Source: Candidatus Bathyarchaeia archaeon (GTDB taxonomy: Archaea; Thermoproteota; Bathyarchaeia; Bathyarchaeales; Bathycorpusculaceae). From it: 18,475 bases of DNA. Below the pieces are notes generated by a model. That model worked only from the letters and a program-made list of their open reading frames with translations, had not been told where the DNA came from and searched no databases. The position numbers and the translations under genes are program-made. Shown here in pieces: positions 8,548-16,643 of the stretch (its first letter is position 1; each line of letters starts with the position of its first letter). The stretch is taken from contig JAVZLK010000032.1 of the NCBI GenBank assembly GCA_038883795.1, forward strand, positions 1-18,475, read 5' to 3'.

Positions 8548-8568
8548 TGTTAGTCGCTGCTAAGAGAA
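8548..8568. promoter_or_regulatory. 9-6-9 palindrome copy 1, split by the IS110 (its first bases TTC are at 7264-7266)
   Basis: Reconstructed empty site TTCTGTTAG-TCGCTG-CTAAGAGAA. Confidence 0.65.
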
Positions 8569-8588
8569 AAGCGACGAGCAGTTGTCAA

Positions 8589-8612
8589 TTCACTTAGACG
8601 TTACTAACAGAA
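8589..8612. promoter_or_regulatory. 9-6-9 palindrome copy 2
   Basis: TTCACTTAG-ACGTTA-CTAACAGAA. Confidence 0.6.
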
Positions 8613-8722
8613 CAGCACAAAATAGTTTTTAAAAGCTAAAAAATTGCATAGAGAAACTGTGCAAATGAAGGAGGTTTGCCGCAATTTATGTTTTTCTGTT
8701 GCTTGCACAGAAGGTTTTTAGT

Positions 8723-9631
8723 TCACATTTTTGAGTATTTAATAATCCATTCGTTAAGAACTGTTTTTAAGTCGTTGGCTATTGAAATGGCATTTTCTAG
8801 TCTTGTTTGATTGATGTTGAAGCTTATTACTGTGTGATTGCGCCTAACTCCCTCAAATGCTTCTGCGACTTCGAATCCCATGTCAAAAATTTTCTGGGAT
8901 GCTATGAAGTTGAGTTCCTTGAAGGCATCTATTAAAATGGAAACATTCTGAAGATTATCAAAAATATCGCACACACCTCCTGCGCCACCCACAGTAATGT
9001 TCCACAACAAATCCTCAATTACTTGAAGCGCGTCTCCATAGGAAGATGGAAGCAAATATATTCGTAAAGCCCGTATGTATCCAATACCGGATTGTATGTA
9101 GTGTCGAAAGTAACGGATCAAAGAGCGAACATTTTCAGAAGTTGGTTCAGACCGCAAAATATCTGAAGCATATGATAGACTAAAATGGAACCCCCTTGCC
9201 GTTTCTAAAATTGCACCTTGAACATTCCCCGTGAGTGCTTGAGATAAGTTATAATAGTAAATGTTGAATGCCGTTAACACTATAATAATTATAAGGACTG
9301 TGCAAAGCAGAACTTTTGAAATTTCTTTCCCTCTAAATTTCACGATAAACTGTGATGGCCTTGGAATCTCTTCCACACCGCTCATTAAATCCACAGCAGC
9401 TCTTCCAACACTTGAGAGCTCATATTTTCCACCAGCAGAGCGTCTAATCAATTCTCCTAAATTTTCTAGGTGATAACTTAAATGCCCACTATCAATTTGG
9501 ACAACGTTCAGAATTTCCGTAAAAGATAATTGTTTATCCTTTAAAATTCTAAGTATTTTTCTACGTAGTGGATGTTTAAGCGATTTAAAAATTAAAGAAT
9601 AGGTTTCTCCTTCCACCTCTCCTTTAGACAT
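8723..9631 (-). CDS. Membrane-anchored winged helix-turn-helix (ArsR/HTH_20-like) transcription regulator
   Basis: N-terminal IFKSLKHPLRRKILRIL...LSFTEIL...SGHLSYHLENLGELI...YELSSVG, then one TM helix (VLLCTVLIIIIVLTAFNIYYY) and a ~170-aa C-terminal domain with N-x-S/T sequons. Confidence 0.85.
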   Translation of the reverse strand: MSKGEVEGETYSLIFKSLKHPLRRKILRILKDKQLSFTEILNVVQIDSGHLSYHLENLGELIRRSAGGKYELSSVGRAAVDLMSGVEEIPRPSQFIVKFRGKEISKVLLCTVLIIIIVLTAFNIYYYNLSQALTGNVQGAILETARGFHFSLSYASDILRSEPTSENVRSLIRYFRHYIQSGIGYIRALRIYLLPSSYGDALQVIEDLLWNITVGGAGGVCDIFDNLQNVSILIDAFKELNFIASQKIFDMGFEVAEAFEGVRRNHTVISFNINQTRLENAISIANDLKTVLNEWIIKYSKM

Positions 9632-9855
9632 ATATTTTTCTCCTAAACCATAATACTTTCAATGTGCAAAAAAGGATTTTTGTGAAGAAAAGTTAACTAG
9701 CAGAACCTTCCTTCCAAATATTAAGAAGTAAATCTTTCTTCACGCATTATTTAAACCAAGCCAGTTGCTGGTGAACCTGTATTTTAAGATTATTTTGGGC
9801 GTCTTTCGGGAGGCACTTTTAATATTTGCGCTAACGCCGATAATTTAAGCAGATG

Positions 9856-9879
9856 TTCTGTTAGTGTCTCCTAACAGAA
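9856..9879. promoter_or_regulatory. 9-6-9 palindrome copy 3 (perfect arms)
   Basis: TTCTGTTAG-TGTCTC-CTAACAGAA, between the divergent regulator and first NosD gene. Confidence 0.7.
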
Positions 9880-9973
9880 GTTGAAAATTCAGTATTTGAG
9901 CACAGCTCAATTTTTGCTTACAGTAATAGGCTAATGGCTTTGAACTCATCCTTTTATACTAGTCTTCTTGGAC

Positions 9974-9998
9974 AGAGGATTTCTTCGTAATTTTTATA
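9974..9998 (+). promoter_or_regulatory. Putative promoter block (upstream element plus TATA) of the first NosD gene
   Basis: AGAGGATTTCTTCGTAATTTTTATA begins 68 nt before the ATG and is 19/25 identical to 11375-11399. Confidence 0.55.
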
Positions 9999-10041
9999 TT
10001 AACTTAGTTTGCTTATATTTTGTTAAAGGAGATTAGAGATT

Positions 10042-11172
10042 ATGAAAAGAATTGTTTCTGAAATAATGACAGTCTTATTTCTTACAAGCATGTTAATATC
10101 GGCGTTTAACATTCAACCTGTGAAGTGCGAGTGGACTGGGGGAACCATATATATTAGCACTGATGGAAGCATAGAGCCGGCAAATGCACCAGTAATAACT
10201 TACGATTATGTGACTTATACCTTAACTGATAACATTGGAAGCTCCGCGCATGGAATCGTTATCAAAAGAGACAACATTATAATTAATGGAATGGGCTACA
10301 CAATTCGGTGCATAGGCTCAGGCTCTTACAGAGGAATATCCCTTGAAAATAGGAAGAATGTTACAATAAAGAATACAAAAATAAAGAATTTCTATTATGG
10401 TATTTACTTTAATTATTCCTCAAACTGTGAAATATACGGGAATAGCATAACATCAAATACTGAAGGCATCTACTTTGGGGGCGATTCTTCAAATAATGCG
10501 ATATGTGAGAATGACATTGCAGTGGACGAGTGGATGAACTGCGGCATCCATCTCATATATTCCTCAAATAACACGATATACAAAAACAATATGATAGTGA
10601 CATCTGGAGATGGCATCCTAGTCGAGCAATCGTCGAATAATGAAATATGTGAAAACAGCATATGTGCCCAAATTCTATTTAATAGTTGGGCTGGTATATA
10701 TCTCAAGCAGTCCTCAAACAACAAGATATACGGAAATGACATAAAGGAAAATTCGAACGGCATTTACTTCGAAGGTTCCTCAAATAACGCTATTTATGGA
10801 AACAACTTAACACGGAACCGTGTGGGCATCTGGCTTCAACACGCCTCAAATAACAAGTTTTATCATAATAACTTCGTGCAAAACCAATGGTATCAAGTCT
10901 ATACTTTTAGTTCTGTAAATGTTTGGAACGATGGGTATCCTTCAGGTGGCAATTACTGGAGCGATTACTTGACGCTGTATCCTGGCGCTGACGAGCTGGA
11001 CAATTCTGGCTTATGGGATACGCCTTACGTTATTGACAAAGATAACCAAGATCACTATCCTTTAATACATATATATGCCATACCAGAATTCTCGTCAGCC
11101 ATAATCCTGCCACTATTATTAGCATCGACACTGCTGGTCGCCATATTCGCAAAAAGAAAAAATCCGAATTAA
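10042..11172 (+). CDS. Cell-surface NosD/CASH parallel beta-helix protein with PEF-CTERM sorting signal
   Basis: Signal peptide, repeated GIxLxxSSNNxIxxNxI turns, WNDGYPSGGNYWSDY, and C-terminal IPEF + TM helix + basic tail. Confidence 0.92.
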   Translation: MKRIVSEIMTVLFLTSMLISAFNIQPVKCEWTGGTIYISTDGSIEPANAPVITYDYVTYTLTDNIGSSAHGIVIKRDNIIINGMGYTIRCIGSGSYRGISLENRKNVTIKNTKIKNFYYGIYFNYSSNCEIYGNSITSNTEGIYFGGDSSNNAICENDIAVDEWMNCGIHLIYSSNNTIYKNNMIVTSGDGILVEQSSNNEICENSICAQILFNSWAGIYLKQSSNNKIYGNDIKENSNGIYFEGSSNNAIYGNNLTRNRVGIWLQHASNNKFYHNNFVQNQWYQVYTFSSVNVWNDGYPSGGNYWSDYLTLYPGADELDNSGLWDTPYVIDKDNQDHYPLIHIYAIPEFSSAIILPLLLASTLLVAIFAKRKNPN

Positions 11173-11294
11173 AAATTTTATAAATCCAAATATTTGGCCC
11201 ATTTTTCTGAAAAATATGGAAATGCATCTTAACCTTGATATTTTGAACAACATGTAAACTAGCCCGGACCACAATACAATATTCGCCGCCTTGG

Positions 11295-11318
11295 TTGTTT
11301 TAATGTCTGTTAACAGAA
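11295..11318. promoter_or_regulatory. 9-6-9 palindrome copy 4 (degenerate left arm)
   Basis: TTGTTTTAA-TGTCTG-TTAACAGAA; the spacer differs by one base from copy 3. Confidence 0.5.
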
Positions 11319-11374
11319 ATTGCAAGCTTAAGTCAAAATGCAACGAGGTAAATAGTTATGTTGAAAGAACTAAT

Positions 11375-11399
11375 AGAGGATTCTTCCGTAAATTTTAAG
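11375..11399 (+). promoter_or_regulatory. Putative promoter block of the large surface-protein gene
   Basis: AGAGGATTCTTCCGTAAATTTTAAG begins 66 nt before the ATG and parallels 9974-9998. Confidence 0.55.
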
Positions 11400-11440
11400 T
11401 CCACTTTGCCGGCTATTTTATTTGGAAAGGAGCAGACAAA

Positions 11441-14400
11441 ATGAACAAGGCCATTTCTGGAGTAATGTTAACATTGCTAATTTTATCAAGTATGTTAGCT
11501 TTCGCGTTTAATATTCAACTAGTCAAGGCAGACTATGTATGGAAAGAAACCATTTACATTCGTGCAGATGGAAGTATAACACCTTCAGATGCACCTCTCT
11601 TTACGGCGGATAAGGTAACCTATGTGCTAACAGATAACATTGTAGATGCAGCTCCATATACCGGCGATACCGCAGTAATCATAGAAAGGGATAATATAGT
11701 GTTCAATGGGAATGGCTATACAATTCAAGGCAAAAATAAAGACCACACTTGCTATGGAATGGATCTTACTGGAAGAAGCAACGTCACGATCAAAAACTTA
11801 AACATTAAAAGCTTCGATTATTGCCTCCGCTTAGAATTTTCTTTAGGCAATACGCTGTATGAAAATAACATAGCAGACAACTATTATGGAGTTTATCTTG
11901 TGTCTTCCTCACAAAACATTCTGGCAGGAAATACTATTTCAAGAAACCGTAATTGTGGCGTTTATCTGGACGTATCTTCAAGCAATACTTTGCTCCGAAA
12001 TAATATTCTAAATAACCTTTATGATATTGAACTTTCATCCTCCGTCAGTAACACCATATTCGGAAACAACATAACAGATAGCAGTATGGCTGGTATTCTC
12101 TTAGGTGGTTCTTCTCGATATAACATGATTTTTGAGAATTACATATCAAACAATGGTTATGGCATCTGGATTTCAGGGACGGAAGACAACATTTTCTATC
12201 ACAATAATTTTGTAAACAATGGTATGCAAGTCTATTTTTCCTACACATGGCCAACGAATATATGGGATAATGGTTATCCCTCAGGTGGTAATTTTTGGAG
12301 CGACTACACAGGGGTTGACGAGAAAAGCGGTCCCTACCAGAATGAAACTGGAAGCGACGGAATAGGTGACACGCCATACATCATTAACGCTAATAATCGA
12401 GACCAGTATCCACTCATGAATCCACCAACTATGCCGTCAAAGCGGGATCAGTGGCCAATGTTTCGTCATGACAAGCAGCGAACGGGCAGAAGTGAATTCA
12501 ATGGTCCTCATACACCTCAAGTTAAATGGACCTTTGATACAGGCGGTAACGTTTTTTCACCAATAATAGGCTCTGATGGCACTATCTACGTGCATTCAGG
12601 TGGCAATAGCAAAAACCTTTACGCAATAAGCCGGGATGGTTCTTTGAAGTGGAGCTTCCACGTGGAGAGCTCTTACTCCGCTCCAGCCGTAGGACCAGAT
12701 GGTACCATATACTTCGGATCATACGATAAGAAATTTTACGCGTTAAATCCGAATGGAACATTAAAGTGGTATTTTCAAACAGGAGGATACATTTACTCTT
12801 GTCCCGCGATAGATTCTGATGGTACCATATACTTCGGATCATACGATGGATATTTATATGCCCTTAACCCAGATAGTACGCTTAAATGGGCATATTACGC
12901 TGGTCGCCAAATAGATACCTCTCCTGCTATATCATCTGATGGCACTATTTACGTGTTCTCAACTGGGTTCTCAATTAATGACCCGGCTATACTCTACGCC
13001 GTAACCTCTAACGGCACTCTGAAATGGACTTATAAGGCGCCTATGGGCGTTATTGCATGTTCTTGCCCTGCTATAGGTTCAGATGGTACGATATATTTCG
13101 GATGCTTTGACGGTAAACTTTACGCTTTAAACCCCGATGGAAGCTTGAAGTGGAATTATCAAGCACAAGATGACATCGTCTCTTCTCCTGCAATAGGACC
13201 CGATGGTACCATATACTTCGGATCATACGATAAAAGATTCTATGCTTTAAACACTGATGGTAGCTTAAAATGGTGGCGCTGGACAGAGGGCCCCATTTAC
13301 TCATCCGCTGCTGTAGGAGCTGATGACACAGTATACTTCGGATCCTCTGATGGATATATTTACGCCTTTAACCCTGATAGCACTCTTAAGTGGAGCTACC
13401 AAACGGGTTATGCGATTGGCTCATCTCCAGCAATAGGCTCAGACGGTAGCCTATTTATAGGTGCAGGTCCAATACTCTACGCTTTTGGCACTGGCTCAGA
13501 CTTCCTAATTAAAGCTTCCCCAACTTTATTAACTATTCAACAAGGCAGTTCAGCCGAATCGACCATCACGGTAACATCCATAAATGGCTTCAGCCAACCT
13601 GTTCAACTAAGTGTGTCCGGGGCGCCTTCTGGAGTTACGGCAATCTTAAATCCGGTGCAGGTTACACCGCCTTCAGACGGCTCAACTACTTCTATCTTAA
13701 CAGTATCGGTTGATGCAACAGTTAATGTTGGAACTTACACTTTAACTGTGATTGGAACAAACGGCACTCTAACCCATAGTGTGGATATCTTTTTGCATGT
13801 AGTAGCTTTGCCAAAGTTTGTTTTGGTTCCTTCTGAGGGTTGGCAACGCTTGGAGCTTTTCGTTCCAACATGGCGGCGTTCCGCTGAATATCCTGGAAAA
13901 GTGGTGTTTGAAATTTTTAACAAGCGTGACATGTGGTATATTATTAAAGTCTACAAGAGGATGCCTGACAATACTTGGCAGGAGGTGATTCCCGACGAAT
14001 TTTTAAGCCTAACTGGACCATATCTGGGACCTTATAGTGTTAAAACTTTCGTTTTTCCATACGTTCTTGAAGAAGGCGATGAGATAAAGATTGAAGTTTG
14101 GAATGACTTGAACGACAATGCACTTCGCGCCCTATGGGCTTTAGACTTTAGCGTGAGAGCTTTGCTGGGAATATCCATATCACCTCAAATCACAAACTGG
14201 CCTGAAATCAAAACCAAACTTCTAACATTCTATAATGGCTACTTGGAAGCTATAGGGAATCTTTGCCTCGGAAAATGGAAGCTTGGGCTATTGCAGCTGT
14301 GTAAGGCTTTGGTGGGAAGTGCTGCGTCAAGGGAATTTGCCGAAATAATTAATCTCCTCGGAGTTCAAACAACAGCTGCAACCATAGCCAGAATCGCCTT

Positions 14401-15751
14401 CAAAGTTATAACATCAGCTTTTTGGCTAATTCCAAACGTACCATTATGGTGGCCCCTGTTTGAAAATATGAACAGAGAACCGTTCATGGAAGATGTCATT
14501 TTTACGGTTAAGGGAACTGGGACAGAGCTCCCTAATCTGAAGGTGATCGAAGGCTTAACAATAGTTCAAAGTGAGCCATATTATGTAGGCGAAACTATTG
14601 ATGCCCAATTCACCTTAAGAAGTGAAGATGAATCACCAGTAACATTACATGTGTTAATGGTTGGAGGACTTGGACCTCGGGGAGAAATCCAAGACTTCAC
14701 CTTCAAGACTAATATAACGATTAATCCAGGCCAATCCTACATGTATGAAGGCAAAATGCAATTAATAAGTAATGGCACATACCATTTCTTCATAGCCTAC
14801 CAAACTCCTGAAGGAGAATGGGTCACCAACGTGCCAACGGATGCTGACGCAGTAAACTCCCTAGACATCAATGTTCAAATTCCAGAAGTTCTTATTGGGG
14901 CTGAGCTTTGCAGTCCAGGAGAATTGCGGATTTATGACTCTCAAGGCAGGGTTACTGGCTTATTAAACGGTGAGGAATTAATGGAAATTCCTAACTCATT
15001 CTATCATGACGGCATAGTTGTCATATACTATCCAAACGACTCCTATAGGTTTCAAGTTAAGGGTGTAAGTGAAGGAGAATACAACATAACCTTAGGAAGA
15101 TTTTTCTATGAAAACTTAACAACGTTTGAAGCTACAAGAATACCAATAAGTAACAATTCTCTGCATCAATTCACCTGCGACTGGGACACCCTCTCCATAA
15201 ACGAGGAGGGCGTCCTCATTTACGTGGATTCAGACGGCGACAACTTTTTCGAGAAAACCTTCCCCTCAGATAGTGAGTTAACAGCCAAAGAGTTTATGTT
15301 CCCAGCGAAGGCGACATTCACATTTAATGCCCTCTGGGAGGGTGCTAACTACCCCATCACCATGTACAGTAGCAACTCTTCAATAACAAACTTCAACTTC
15401 AACCAATCAGAGAAGCAAATAACCTTTCAATTATCAGGCGAAGCAGATGAATCTGGCTATTGTAACGTTTCCATACCAAAAACTCTTCTTAAGGGCGAAC
15501 CTTGGATTGTTAAGCTTAATGGAACAAACTGGAACTATACAGCGACAGAAAACGAAACCCACAGCTTCATATACATCACTTATACGTTTGGCAGCGCTTT
15601 CGAAGTTGCAATCCAAGGAACATGGGTCGTGCCAGAATTCTCGTCAACCATAATTTTAACATTATGCATGCTTACAATTTTAGTCATAACCATTCTCATA
15701 AGAAAAAACAAAATTCCTAAAATCCTAAGGCAGAAAATTATACATTTGTGA
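11441..15751 (+). CDS. Large multidomain surface protein: NosD beta-helix, PQQ/BamB-like beta-propeller, Ig-like domains, unknown helical region, PEF-CTERM
   Basis: Signal peptide, beta-helix turns and WDNGYPSGGNFWSDY, then WPMFRHDKQRTG and ~8 repeats of SSPAIGxDGTIYFGSYDxxLYALNPDGSLKW, an Ig-like Ser/Thr-rich module, and C-terminal VPEF + TM + basic tail. Confidence 0.92.
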   Translation: MNKAISGVMLTLLILSSMLAFAFNIQLVKADYVWKETIYIRADGSITPSDAPLFTADKVTYVLTDNIVDAAPYTGDTAVIIERDNIVFNGNGYTIQGKNKDHTCYGMDLTGRSNVTIKNLNIKSFDYCLRLEFSLGNTLYENNIADNYYGVYLVSSSQNILAGNTISRNRNCGVYLDVSSSNTLLRNNILNNLYDIELSSSVSNTIFGNNITDSSMAGILLGGSSRYNMIFENYISNNGYGIWISGTEDNIFYHNNFVNNGMQVYFSYTWPTNIWDNGYPSGGNFWSDYTGVDEKSGPYQNETGSDGIGDTPYIINANNRDQYPLMNPPTMPSKRDQWPMFRHDKQRTGRSEFNGPHTPQVKWTFDTGGNVFSPIIGSDGTIYVHSGGNSKNLYAISRDGSLKWSFHVESSYSAPAVGPDGTIYFGSYDKKFYALNPNGTLKWYFQTGGYIYSCPAIDSDGTIYFGSYDGYLYALNPDSTLKWAYYAGRQIDTSPAISSDGTIYVFSTGFSINDPAILYAVTSNGTLKWTYKAPMGVIACSCPAIGSDGTIYFGCFDGKLYALNPDGSLKWNYQAQDDIVSSPAIGPDGTIYFGSYDKRFYALNTDGSLKWWRWTEGPIYSSAAVGADDTVYFGSSDGYIYAFNPDSTLKWSYQTGYAIGSSPAIGSDGSLFIGAGPILYAFGTGSDFLIKASPTLLTIQQGSSAESTITVTSINGFSQPVQLSVSGAPSGVTAILNPVQVTPPSDGSTTSILTVSVDATVNVGTYTLTVIGTNGTLTHSVDIFLHVVALPKFVLVPSEGWQRLELFVPTWRRSAEYPGKVVFEIFNKRDMWYIIKVYKRMPDNTWQEVIPDEFLSLTGPYLGPYSVKTFVFPYVLEEGDEIKIEVWNDLNDNALRALWALDFSVRALLGISISPQITNWPEIKTKLLTFYNGYLEAIGNLCLGKWKLGLLQLCKALVGSAASREFAEIINLLGVQTTAATIARIAFKVITSAFWLIPNVPLWWPLFENMNREPFMEDVIFTVKGTGTELPNLKVIEGLTIVQSEPYYVGETIDAQFTLRSEDESPVTLHVLMVGGLGPRGEIQDFTFKTNITINPGQSYMYEGKMQLISNGTYHFFIAYQTPEGEWVTNVPTDADAVNSLDINVQIPEVLIGAELCSPGELRIYDSQGRVTGLLNGEELMEIPNSFYHDGIVVIYYPNDSYRFQVKGVSEGEYNITLGRFFYENLTTFEATRIPISNNSLHQFTCDWDTLSINEEGVLIYVDSDGDNFFEKTFPSDSELTAKEFMFPAKATFTFNALWEGANYPITMYSSNSSITNFNFNQSEKQITFQLSGEADESGYCNVSIPKTLLKGEPWIVKLNGTNWNYTATENETHSFIYITYTFGSAFEVAIQGTWVVPEFSSTIILTLCMLTILVITILIRKNKIPKILRQKIIHL
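12698..13231 (+). repeat. Three identical 30-nt blocks in the propeller repeats
   Basis: GATGGTACCATATACTTCGGATCATACGAT at 12698-12727, 12818-12847 and 13202-13231. Confidence 0.9.
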
Positions 15752-15799
15752 AAACCCAAACTGAAATGGATAATACAAGTATTGAAAGGGAGTTAATTC

Positions 15800-16405
15800 A
15801 TGTTTGAGGCGACTGATGTTATCGCAATTATTATATCCGTTATTTCTTTTGCCGTATCTCTTTTTATGTATCGCATCTCAAGGGAAAATCTTTCGTTGAA
15901 TGCGTTCATGAAAGCTATTGAAATTTGGGGTTCAAACGAGGTGAGAGAAGCACGGAGATATATACGTGAATGTTTTCCTGATTACTCTAAGGGTGAAGAT
16001 TTAACTGGAGAAAAAATGGAATTAAAAATTCAAAATGGAGAACAGATTAAGCGTGGATATCTTAAAGTCAGAGAGTTAAGTAGTGAAGAGAGAGATTATT
16101 TTGAGAAAATAGCAGTGACCGCGGACAGGGTCGGTTTTATGTTGTTTGAGTTAAAAAACTTGCCTAAGAGATTTAAAAGAGCCTATCTTGATTGGTTATA
16201 TGACACTTTTTATAGCATATGGAATAAGATTGCGCCTCATGTAAATAGAGAAAGGGAAGCACGACGCTTTGTTCCATATTTTGAAAAGCTGGCGTATTTA
16301 GGATATTATGTATCTTTAAGGGAGAACAGAAATAACAAAATTGTTCTTTTAGATCCCAAAAAGATGGAAGAGGCATTACAGGAATATAAAAACTTGTGGA
16401 ACTGA
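15800..16405 (+). CDS. N-terminally membrane-anchored protein, DUF4760-like
   Basis: N-terminal TM (VIAIIISVISFAVSLFMY) and a helical domain with EVREARRYI, ADRVGFML, WNKIAPHV and PYFEKLA, a pattern I associate with DUF4760. GGGAG RBS upstream. Confidence 0.65.
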   Translation: MFEATDVIAIIISVISFAVSLFMYRISRENLSLNAFMKAIEIWGSNEVREARRYIRECFPDYSKGEDLTGEKMELKIQNGEQIKRGYLKVRELSSEERDYFEKIAVTADRVGFMLFELKNLPKRFKRAYLDWLYDTFYSIWNKIAPHVNREREARRFVPYFEKLAYLGYYVSLRENRNNKIVLLDPKKMEEALQEYKNLWN

Positions 16406-16643
16406 CTTAACAAAGAAGGAACGCAAGCATAAATTTTGATACTTTTTCTTTTGCCAATATTGACGGAAAAGGAAAGCTGGCCAATAGGTTTTATCAGCGT
16501 TCGTGTTAACCTCAAGATTACTACTCTCTGAATCCATAGTTCAACCCAAGACAATCATATCGAATCCTACTAAATCTGATAGGCAAGTGTAAGAAAATTT
16601 TATGGAGTGCGCTACAAGTATAAACCTAAGGATAGAAAAAATT

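Larger units (their letters stand above)
7267..8549 (+). mobile_element. IS110-family insertion sequence (about 1.28 kb) bounded by a TG core on each side
   Basis: Contains a DEDD transposase and perfect 15-bp sub-terminal inverted repeats, with TG at 7267-7268 and 8548-8549. Removing the element restores the palindrome TTCTGTTAG-TCGCTG-CTAAGAGAA. The + strand is G/T-rich, unlike the flanks. Confidence 0.9.

Noticed and set aside
7263-8551. Alternative IS110 boundaries using a GTT core (7263-7265 and 8549-8551)
   Set aside because: Possible from sequence alone. The TG core is preferred because it restores the recurring palindrome, puts the core in both donor guides and leaves a 3-nt right offset from the IR. 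An empty site is needed to settle it.
8694-8712. TTCTGT-N7-ACAGAA inverted repeat, plus weak palindrome-like matches at 2619-2643, 9697-9705, 9954-9977 and 11356-11378
   Set aside because: Wrong spacing, half-sites only, or too degenerate to count as full copies.
12698-13231. CRISPR array, suggested by identical 30-nt repeats
   Set aside because: Spacing is 120 and 384 nt, in frame within a propeller-coding ORF, and no cas genes are present.
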